IMG/VR virus record: IMGVR_UViG_2541047778_000015 | Reading direction: 5' to 3' (one strand) | From: a virus | Lineage: Duplodnaviria; Heunggongvirae; Uroviricota; Caudoviricetes | Length of the DNA stretch: 40,861 nucleotides | Shown here: positions 8,112 to 15,321 of the stretch, piece after piece | Position numbering within the stretch: the stretch's first letter is position 1 | Layout of the letters: the number at the start of each line of letters is the position of its first letter | Program-made: the position numbers and the translations under genes | Notes under the pieces: model-generated | What the model was told of the DNA's origin: nothing | What the model saw: the letters and a program-made list of their open reading frames with translations, nothing else | Database searches by the model: none

Positions 8112-8804
8112 ATGAATACCAAACCTTCCATCTTTTCCTTTGAGTCATCCTGCCAGATCCGTATGTTCATGATTGACGGAGAACCTTGGTTTGTCACCAA
8201 AGATGTGTGCAATGCTTTGAATATTGATGTTACACAAGCGAGAAAACTTGATAAAAAAGGCTGGAACAAAAAGGGGCTGTATTCAATACAGACCCCTGGT
8301 GGAATACAAGAACTATCCATCGTTTCAGAATCAGGTCTCTACATCCTTATTCTGCGTTGCAAAGAGGCAATGACTGAGGGAACGAGAGCATTCAGATTTC
8401 TTGAATGGGTTACAGGTGAGGTTCTTCCTCAGATCCGCCGCACCGGAAGTTACATTAAAAACTCGCTCCCGCAGGAAGAACGCATAAAGATGGTTGCCGA
8501 CCAGGTAGCCAACGCCACAGCATCAGCAGTGATGCAGGCAATGAAGATAGAGAACAAAACCTACAGTGCCCCACTGAAGCCCGGCTACCGCAGCCTGATT
8601 CATTCTCCGTCTGGTGTTCTCGGCCTGACGGAGAACTCATTGCTTATGAATCTGCTAAACCAGTTACAGGAAGACGGGCACGACGTATCGGGCGCGGCGG
8701 CGGAGCTGACCACCATGTTCTGCTACATCGTCGGTGTGAGCAAATGCCTGCGTGATATCCAGACCCACGCGGAGTACATCAACGACAAGGCAGGGTTCTT
8801 CTGA
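8112..8804 (+). CDS. Antirepressor with Bro-N/KilA-N-type N-domain and shared C-terminal module
   Basis: Start at MNTKPSIFSF (ATG 8112); the N-terminal segment IRMFMIDGEPWFVTKDVCNALNI is Bro-N-like; the last 77 aa are identical to the C-terminus of the 9911..10849 product. Confidence 0.7.
   Translation: MNTKPSIFSFESSCQIRMFMIDGEPWFVTKDVCNALNIDVTQARKLDKKGWNKKGLYSIQTPGGIQELSIVSESGLYILILRCKEAMTEGTRAFRFLEWVTGEVLPQIRRTGSYIKNSLPQEERIKMVADQVANATASAVMQAMKIENKTYSAPLKPGYRSLIHSPSGVLGLTENSLLMNLLNQLQEDGHDVSGAAAELTTMFCYIVGVSKCLRDIQTHAEYINDKAGFF
8571..8804 (+). repeat. Inverted-repeat copy A (codes the shared 77-aa C-terminal module)
   Basis: Reverse complement matches 9911..10144 with about a dozen single-base differences by hand alignment, all synonymous. 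Confidence 0.8.
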
Positions 8805-8841
8805 CGGGCGGTGGCACAGGGATGTGCCTTTAAAATAATCA

Positions 8842-8886
8842 TTGGCGATGTGATGTAGATTCGCGTAATATTACCTTACGGGTAAG
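8842..8886 (+). promoter_or_regulatory. Promoter-like hexamers with operator-like site ATTACC-ttacg-GGTAAG
   Basis: TTGGCG, ~17-18 bp spacer, TAATAT, then the 17-bp palindrome at 8870..8886; upstream of the 8945 gene. Confidence 0.45.
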
Positions 8887-8944
8887 AAAGCGTTTTTAAT
8901 CTTCCCTTCAAAACGCGTCCTGTAGCCAAACATGGGAGGACGAA

Positions 8945-9577
8945 ATGAAAACAAATACAACAAGAAAAGCGATGCCATACATTATCCCAGAAGCAGATTT
9001 CGACAGAAAACTGAACATGTCTGAGAAGAACACTAGTCACACCGAAAGCTACTTAGCGAAAGGTGTGGTTGATTTCGTTCTTCCGGGATTCACAACACCT
9101 TATGGTTATCGCCTTGTAAAATCTTGTAATGGCGATCATTACAGAATGATTACTACCAGCGATACTCCAGAAACGGTGTATGCGGTTAAGTTAATCTTTC
9201 GGGAAGATATCGTCGAAGCTAAAAGAACATGTACGCAGATCATGGTATGGCGTACGCCTAATGTTATTCATGACCGTGCTGTTCATGGTTTGCCTCAGAT
9301 TTTTTTTCAGTTCTTTCTAGAGCAATATGCGATCGTTGTATCTGATGAGCAACAAACAATCGATGGGAGAAGATTCTGGGAAAGAATGATTTCTTGGGCT
9401 ATAAACACCCCGGGATATAATGTATACGTTTCAGATGGCTCTGAAGAAGATAGACCTCTTAGCTTCATGACATCATGGGATGATTTCTATAGCCAGTGGG
9501 CTGATTTCTGTTGGGGCAGTGATAAAGATGTGCATACCCACAGACTACTGGTTATAAGCAAAGATAAACTGCATTAA
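8945..9577 (+). CDS. Hypothetical protein, accessory cargo
   Basis: 210-aa ORF with its own promoter-like region and downstream terminator; no family recognised. Confidence 0.55.
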   Translation: MKTNTTRKAMPYIIPEADFDRKLNMSEKNTSHTESYLAKGVVDFVLPGFTTPYGYRLVKSCNGDHYRMITTSDTPETVYAVKLIFREDIVEAKRTCTQIMVWRTPNVIHDRAVHGLPQIFFQFFLEQYAIVVSDEQQTIDGRRFWERMISWAINTPGYNVYVSDGSEEDRPLSFMTSWDDFYSQWADFCWGSDKDVHTHRLLVISKDKLH

Positions 9578-9581
9578 TAGA

Positions 9582-9603
9582 AGCCCGCAGCGCGGGCTTT
9601 TTT
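9582..9603 (+). terminator. Intrinsic terminator
   Basis: GCCCGC-agc-GCGGGC followed by TTTTTT. Confidence 0.65.
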
Positions 9604-9675
9604 GTGGACGAAACAAAAGTCAGTGCTACACTCATTGACGCCACATTGAGGTGGCTTATAGATGGAAATTTCACA

Positions 9676-9837
9676 ATGAAAAAAGCATTTGCTGCACTGT
9701 TCGTTTTGTTGTCTCTGGTAGCTTCAACTCAGGCCTTTGCCGGTCGTTGTCAGCACGACAGCGATACTGCCGCTGACGGCTCCCGCTGCGGTGGGCGTTC
9801 TGCGGATTCCCGCCCGGGCGGCGGTGGCATTCGTTAA
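9676..9837 (+). CDS. Small secreted Gly/Cys-containing peptide (candidate)
   Basis: MKKAFAALFVLLSLVASTQAFA signal peptide, then a ~31-aa Gly/Asp/Arg-rich body with two Cys; start is the ATG at 9676 inside the longer ORF-track frame. Confidence 0.4.
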   Translation: MKKAFAALFVLLSLVASTQAFAGRCQHDSDTAADGSRCGGRSADSRPGGGGIR

Positions 9838-9860
9838 AAACAAGGCCGCGAAAGCGGCCT
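9836..9860. terminator. Hairpin terminator serving the minus-strand antirepressor gene (possibly bidirectional)
   Basis: A-run, then AGGCCGC-gaaa-GCGGCCT; read on the minus strand the hairpin is followed by a U-run. Confidence 0.5.
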
Positions 9861-9910
9861 GTGACATGTCACGCTAGTTTCGTTTTGCACGTCCCTGTGC
9901 CGCCGTTCTG

Positions 9911-10144
9911 TCAGAAGAACCCTGCCTTGTCGTTGATGTATTCCGCGTGCGTCTGGATATCACGCAGGCATTTGCTCACACCAACGATGTAGCAGAACAT
10001 GGTGGTCAGCTCCGCCGCCGCGCCCGATACATCGTGCCCGTCTTCCTGTAACTGGTTCAGCAGATTCATCAGCAGTGAGTTCTCCGTCAGGCCGAGAACA
10101 CCCGACGGCGAATGAATCAGACTGCGGTAGCCTGGCTTCAATGG
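9911..10144 (-). repeat. Inverted-repeat copy B (codes the shared 77-aa C-terminal module)
   Basis: See copy A at 8571..8804. Confidence 0.8.
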
Positions 10145-10849
10145 ATAACCATAACATTTTGTCTGTGTTTTAATTGCCTCACGAAGCGCATCTAACATCT
10201 TGACTGCCACTTCATCATTCTCTGATGCAGATCCAGCAGGGAGATACTCCCCTTCAAGCGGAACCCGAGCAACAAGAGACAACGCTTCGGCAAATTGATC
10301 TTCACCAATTTCTTTGTACGAACAGCCAAAATGAGATTTCAGTGACGACCACATGGTGATCATCGCCTTAGCCTGTTTTTCTTTTGGCAGAGACTGACCG
10401 CGACTCATGACGAGTTGTTTAATGGCTTCCTGCTGTTCAGTTGTTATTTTACCCGGCAACGCCTTTTTAGCTTTGCGTGGGTTAACCACATGGCCTTTAG
10501 TCCAGTACTCGTAGAGCACATCGTCACACTCTTCCTGATACTGGATTACCTTGTCGCGGATTTCAGGGCGGACTTTGTTAGGGCTGATGCTGTTCAACCA
10601 AGCTGCCAATTTTCGTAAAGCCATACAAATCATGGCTTGCACCCCACCGGCAGAAGGTATGGTGATTTCCACCATACCCTTCGAGAAGCGTTGAGAAATC
10701 TTCTTATGTTGAGATTTCCAGTCTAGCCCCATTCCCTCAACGATAGGTTTCATTGGGGTATACGGTTCGCCGTTGTGATTGACAACATAAAGCTCTGCGC
10801 CGTGGAATGGCACGTTGATAGTAGATACTGCTGTTGCTATACTCGTCAT
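9911..10849 (-). CDS. Antirepressor with P22 Ant-type N-domain and shared C-terminal module
   Basis: N-terminus YVVNHNGEPYTPMKPIVEGMGLDWKSQHKKI resembles the P22-type antirepressor N-domain; last 77 aa identical to the 8112..8804 product; sits downstream of an Arc-like gene as in P22 immI. Confidence 0.7.
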   Translation of the reverse strand: MTSIATAVSTINVPFHGAELYVVNHNGEPYTPMKPIVEGMGLDWKSQHKKISQRFSKGMVEITIPSAGGVQAMICMALRKLAAWLNSISPNKVRPEIRDKVIQYQEECDDVLYEYWTKGHVVNPRKAKKALPGKITTEQQEAIKQLVMSRGQSLPKEKQAKAMITMWSSLKSHFGCSYKEIGEDQFAEALSLVARVPLEGEYLPAGSASENDEVAVKMLDALREAIKTQTKCYGYPLKPGYRSLIHSPSGVLGLTENSLLMNLLNQLQEDGHDVSGAAAELTTMFCYIVGVSKCLRDIQTHAEYINDKAGFF

Positions 10850-10898
10850 GTCGTTAATTCCTATACGTAGTTTTACGATACTGAAGCCCTGACGGTCT

Positions 10899-10912
10899 GG
10901 CCACCGTGGGGC
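10899..10912. promoter_or_regulatory. Mnt-operator-like near-palindrome (GGCCACCGTGGGGC)
   Basis: Contains CCACGGTGG on the opposite strand, the core I recall from the P22 mnt operator; second copy at 11104..11118. Confidence 0.4.
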
Positions 10913-10921
10913 TTCGCTGTT

Positions 10922-11089
10922 TTATGCCACGCTATTCTTCTCACCAGTGAGTCCATACACTTTCCTCAGCTGATAGATAATCTCTGTATTGAACTTTCGG
11001 CATTCTTTTTCGCCATTTCTTTCAATAGCTAACTTCACATCGTCCGGAAAACGAACTCGTCGTTGACACATCTCTTTTGCTTTTTGCAT
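10922..11089 (-). CDS. Arc-like ribbon-helix-helix repressor
   Basis: Start at MQKAKEM with AGGAG 7 nt upstream (ORF track used GTG at 11110); RVRFPDDVKLAIERNGEKECRKFNTEIIYQL parallels the P22 Arc RHH region. Confidence 0.6.
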   Translation of the reverse strand: MQKAKEMCQRRVRFPDDVKLAIERNGEKECRKFNTEIIYQLRKVYGLTGEKNSVA

Positions 11090-11103
11090 TTCATATCTCC
11101 TTA

Positions 11104-11118
11104 GCCCCACCGTGGGGC
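11104..11118. promoter_or_regulatory. Mnt-operator-like near-palindrome (GCCCCACCGTGGGGC) in the arc/ant promoter region
   Basis: Perfect outer arms GCCCCA/TGGGGC; lies between the divergent mnt-like and arc-like genes; related CACACCGTG and CACACGGTG elements at 11130..11163. Confidence 0.45.
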
Positions 11119-11209
11119 AAAATAATTGTCACACCGTGCGTCATTGATGTCAAGCACACGGTGAGGCATACTTCAATCATTGCAAGTAACTCAATATTTG
11201 GTGAAGAAC

Positions 11210-11641
11210 ATGAGCAGAGAAGATCCACAACTAAGGATCAGACTTCCCGTCGAAGTAAAAGAAAAAATAGAAATTTCTGCAAAAGCCAATAAGCGATCAA
11301 TGAACGCTGAAATAGTACAACGTCTTGACACCAGCTTTCTGAAAGATATTCATGAAGATGACGTAATTTCTGCTTATGAAGCAAAAATCATTGCAAACAA
11401 TGCACGACATGAAATATCAAATATTATTTTCAAAAGAACCTTTAATGAAATTAATAAGAAAATAACACTTGGACATACAAGTTTTTATATAAACCTTAAT
11501 GACCTTGAACTGGAATCACTTGCAGATAATGATTACCAGATCATCTTTGAAAAAACATTTAATAGGCTCAATGAACTAGGTTACATCATCTGTGAAAACT
11601 CATGGGATGCAGATGGTTTTGGAATTGAAATACCTGAATAG
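11210..11641 (+). CDS. Mnt-like ribbon-helix-helix repressor with C-terminal extension
   Basis: MSREDPQLRIRLPVEVKEKIEISAKANKRSMNAEIVQRL parallels the P22 Mnt N-terminus as recalled; 143 aa, longer than the Mnt I recall. Confidence 0.65.
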   Translation: MSREDPQLRIRLPVEVKEKIEISAKANKRSMNAEIVQRLDTSFLKDIHEDDVISAYEAKIIANNARHEISNIIFKRTFNEINKKITLGHTSFYINLNDLELESLADNDYQIIFEKTFNRLNELGYIICENSWDADGFGIEIPE

Positions 11642-11731
11642 GAAGAACAAAAGGCGTGTACATATTACACGTCTTTAATACAATTGAAAAACGCCACATT
11701 ACTGATGTATGTTACAACAAGGAGCGATATT

Positions 11732-12295
11732 TTGAAAACCATATCTATATTAAAGGTTGCATTAGGCGTCGCTATTATTTTGACTCTCTCAATATTGTTT
11801 TATTTTTACCACAAACAAACTGCTATTGCTCTTGATAGTCACGCGGCAAACTCATTTTTCTCAGAGTACATAGTGCCGCTATCAGGAAGCGGTATAACAA
11901 ATAAATATACTGACTATGACATCAAATATGGAATTGATGATGGGGAGACTATTGTATTACATGTAATCATTAAAAACCTAATGACAGTAAATAAAAATAC
12001 AGACTTCAACGATAAAAATACAATACATCACAACAACAGCAAAACATTAATTTCTTATAGTAGCAACATCTATACGGATAAATACCTAAAATACATATCA
12101 GAAGATACAATAAAAGAAACCCGCGAAAAGTTAAAAAACATATATTGTGCATCCGGCAGTTTTCACAAATTATCGCCGCAAGAGCGTTTATTCTACGAAG
12201 CAAGAAAACAACGTAAGTCAATAATATTACATTATTATGCTGATTCAGGGGAGACACTCATATTTAATATTGGGGTTTCCCCTGAATCATGCTAA
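11732..12295 (+). CDS. AT-rich accessory gene, membrane-anchored protein of unknown function
   Basis: TTG start with AGGAG 8 nt upstream gives MKTISILKVALGVAIILTLSILFYFY (signal anchor); AT-rich by eye compared with the flanking genes; ORF track begins at 11684. Confidence 0.5.
   Translation: MKTISILKVALGVAIILTLSILFYFYHKQTAIALDSHAANSFFSEYIVPLSGSGITNKYTDYDIKYGIDDGETIVLHVIIKNLMTVNKNTDFNDKNTIHHNNSKTLISYSSNIYTDKYLKYISEDTIKETREKLKNIYCASGSFHKLSPQERLFYEARKQRKSIILHYYADSGETLIFNIGVSPESC
12241..12289. repeat. Perfect 12-bp inverted repeat with 25-nt spacer at a convergent gene junction
   Basis: TGATTCAGGGGA ... TCCCCTGAATCA. Confidence 0.5.
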
Positions 12296-12306
12296 AGGTG
12301 TTTAAC

Positions 12307-15300
12307 TCACCGCATCACCGGATCCACTTGGTTTATTAGTGGCGCAATCCAGAACAGGTTATTGCCGGGTATCAGGGTTCGGACATTATGCACAATACGA
12401 TCACCGGCATCACCATTCAACACTCCTGAGGTCACATCAATGATGCTATCCGCAAGACCAAATGACGGTCCGAATAGAGATCCTACGAATCCACGACTGG
12501 CATACCTGGACTGTGTGCCAGTGCCAAATAAAGCCCCCAGCCCAACAGCACCACCAGTCGCCTTTTCAGCCATGTTGTTATATTCCATCAATGGCCCAAG
12601 AATACCGGATCTATCTATACCCTCAAGCACCAGCTTCTCTGGTGACCAGTCAACATTTTTCCCTTTCGATGCTTCTTTAAGCGCATAGACCAGTGAGCCA
12701 AGAGCAATCTGAAATGCAGTGCCATAATAAAATTGCGCAGTTCCTTCCTGTAACCCACCAAGTAGCGCACGGTTGTATGAAGCCGTTGTGAATGATTTAA
12801 ACTGAAATATCGTTCGCCCCATTGGAGTACTCGCCCATAAAGGTGTGTCACCAATACCGGGGGTGATGATAGTGTTATTAACGTCTTTCAGAACCGCTGA
12901 CTGGAATACTCCGGCAACGTACTGATCGTCCCATTTATCAAAGTTACCAATGTGCCATCCATCAATTACCTCACCATGTTTCTCGAACTCACTGCGAATA
13001 CGCGCAGCCATATTGTCGTTGATACCGAGTTTTGCCATGCGACGTGCAGAAAACGCACCAGACAAAATACCGTCTGACGTGAGCATTCCGTTCATGGATT
13101 TGTTTATGTCATTAAATCGATCCATGAGTGTCAGCTTGCCGAAGGCATCAGTAATTCGCTCCATTCCTGCTTCGACTGCTGTTGTCCTGGAAGAACTGTC
13201 AACAAGATCACCAATTGCACGAGAACGTGAATGTAGTACAGTTTCCAATCCAATCCCCATCTTCAACATCTCTTCTTTGCTGGCCTTAAATGCCGGTGAT
13301 TGGGATATCTGAGAAGCATAGCCTTTCATGGAGTTACGGAAACCATTAACCATAACCCCTCTGGCCAGATCTGGAATAGCTGATACTGTCATTCCACCGA
13401 GTTTGGTCGTGAAGTTCACATCCCGCAGAAAAGCGCCAGCACGAACAAAAAACGAAGACGGGTCATCAGGCATACCATATGTACCAACAAGACGATCGCG
13501 TAATGCTGTTATGTCTCTGAGATCATTTGCTCTTGATTTTGAAAGTCTGGACTGTTCTTTCCGTAATTCCTTTTCGTACTTTCGCATTAATGAATCGAGT
13601 TTACCCTGAGGAACAACTTCACCATTGCTCTCATAACGTGCTTTCAGATTTGCCACACTTTCGTCATATTTCGCCTTTATTTTTTCAGGCACTTCCCGTA
13701 ACAGACTGTCATATTCGTCCTCAATTAATTGCAGACGCTCTGTCATAGTTCGTTTGCCAAATGTTCTCGTCAACTCAATTTCTGCTGCCGCTTCACGGAT
13801 ATGACGTTGTAGAACGTAATTCACATCACTTTCGAGATAATCCCTGATAAGACTATCAGGCACATTTAATGTTCTTTCTTTCGTACTACCTGCGGCTTTT
13901 ACAGAAAATACGCTGACAAAATCCTGTGGAACCTTAGCACCAGTAATTTTATTAATTACGATATCCGCTGCAATTTCAGCATCCTCAGGATCCAGTGTTT
14001 TATTGCCTCTCGACCACCAGTCAACCAAAATACGTCGAAATTTATCGCGTTCACTGATTATTTTTCCAACTTTATATATACGTGGGAAATAGCTTGCCTG
14101 GCCTAATGCTTTCAGTTCTTCATCTGGCGGCAATAAACCAAGCTTTTGCATTTCAACCTTCACCCGATTTAATACAGTTCGCATCGCCTGCGCCGTTTCC
14201 TGAACAACAGGATTAGCATGCACATCACCGCTTCGCATAGCATTCCCAACCTGCTGACGAAATGAATCAAAACTCATGTCACCACCATCAGCTTTATACT
14301 TTGCGTATGCCTGTTTATTTCCGACAACAACAGCAGCTTCTTCACGCTGCCATCCACGTGTACGGGTTTCTACAGCTACCGGTGTTTCAATCCCCCTTTC
14401 ATTTCCTTTAAGGGTGAAATTATTTTCGGCTAACTCCAGCGTTGTTTTTCGCACTGTCTTGGACGGAGACTCCATTAACCTTGTCAAAGGAGTAAGATAG
14501 CTCCCTGCTTTCCATGCAGCCTTTCCAACCACCCCACCGGAAACAGGGGTTAAATCATCCAGAGTCGCTGTATCAATTTTCATAGCACCAACACTACCAC
14601 CATCAGAAAGCGAAGCGGCAGCCCTGTCAGTCGCTGATGTAATGCTCATATTATCAAGAGCATCAGCAACCTCACGCGTGGCTGCAGCCCGGACGGATGG
14701 CGAAAGCGCAACACCAGCACTGGCAAACACGCCGCTCATCATCGCACCCGCTGCAATGTGAGCGGCACTTTCACCCCATGAGCGTGTTATTTGCTGATTA
14801 TTCAGCACAACCTCGCTTAATGCTGTACCGGCTGCACCAATCGCAATCTGTGAGCCAATACGCGCCAGTGCCCCTCCTTGAGCACCGGGGATAAACATTG
14901 ACGCAACAGTAACCGGATCCATTCCCGCAGCAATACTGGCAAGGGTTCCAACTACGCCAGCATCAGACAATAAACGTCTGTCTTCATTTTCATCATCTAT
15001 CTGCTGCTTAATCCACGCCGTTTCCTCTGGCGATCGGGAATCTGCAAATTTCGCCCCCCAGTATTCATAACCGTGCAACTCATTTTTATCAGCATATGGG
15101 TTATAACCTTCGACCGGTTCAAACTGTCTGGCTGGTCGGAAAAAACCAGCCAGAATATTGTTCTGTCGCATTGCAGCCCCCCATACGGAAGGCTCCGGTG
15201 GCAATGGCTCAGGATTAGCCCCTTCCGGAAGGGCAACATCAAACCCAGTTTGTTCCGGCAAAACATTACCTGACGGGATCAGTCCGTTATTAAGATCTTC

Positions 15301-15321
15301 AGCTTGTGCATAAACTGGCAT
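12307..15321 (-). CDS. Large internal virion / ejection protein (podovirus-type)
   Basis: 1004 aa, Gly/Ala-rich hydrophobic stretches and long charged helical regions; last of three consecutive large virion genes. Confidence 0.6.
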   Translation of the reverse strand: MPVYAQAEDLNNGLIPSGNVLPEQTGFDVALPEGANPEPLPPEPSVWGAAMRQNNILAGFFRPARQFEPVEGYNPYADKNELHGYEYWGAKFADSRSPEETAWIKQQIDDENEDRRLLSDAGVVGTLASIAAGMDPVTVASMFIPGAQGGALARIGSQIAIGAAGTALSEVVLNNQQITRSWGESAAHIAAGAMMSGVFASAGVALSPSVRAAATREVADALDNMSITSATDRAAASLSDGGSVGAMKIDTATLDDLTPVSGGVVGKAAWKAGSYLTPLTRLMESPSKTVRKTTLELAENNFTLKGNERGIETPVAVETRTRGWQREEAAVVVGNKQAYAKYKADGGDMSFDSFRQQVGNAMRSGDVHANPVVQETAQAMRTVLNRVKVEMQKLGLLPPDEELKALGQASYFPRIYKVGKIISERDKFRRILVDWWSRGNKTLDPEDAEIAADIVINKITGAKVPQDFVSVFSVKAAGSTKERTLNVPDSLIRDYLESDVNYVLQRHIREAAAEIELTRTFGKRTMTERLQLIEDEYDSLLREVPEKIKAKYDESVANLKARYESNGEVVPQGKLDSLMRKYEKELRKEQSRLSKSRANDLRDITALRDRLVGTYGMPDDPSSFFVRAGAFLRDVNFTTKLGGMTVSAIPDLARGVMVNGFRNSMKGYASQISQSPAFKASKEEMLKMGIGLETVLHSRSRAIGDLVDSSSRTTAVEAGMERITDAFGKLTLMDRFNDINKSMNGMLTSDGILSGAFSARRMAKLGINDNMAARIRSEFEKHGEVIDGWHIGNFDKWDDQYVAGVFQSAVLKDVNNTIITPGIGDTPLWASTPMGRTIFQFKSFTTASYNRALLGGLQEGTAQFYYGTAFQIALGSLVYALKEASKGKNVDWSPEKLVLEGIDRSGILGPLMEYNNMAEKATGGAVGLGALFGTGTQSRYASRGFVGSLFGPSFGLADSIIDVTSGVLNGDAGDRIVHNVRTLIPGNNLFWIAPLINQVDPVMR

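Noticed and set aside
8571-10144. Possibility that the inverted repeats define an invertible DNA switch (shufflon-like)
   Set aside because: No invertase/recombinase gene is adjacent. The repeats are coding sequence with only synonymous differences, which fits two functional genes sharing a module rather than recombination sites.
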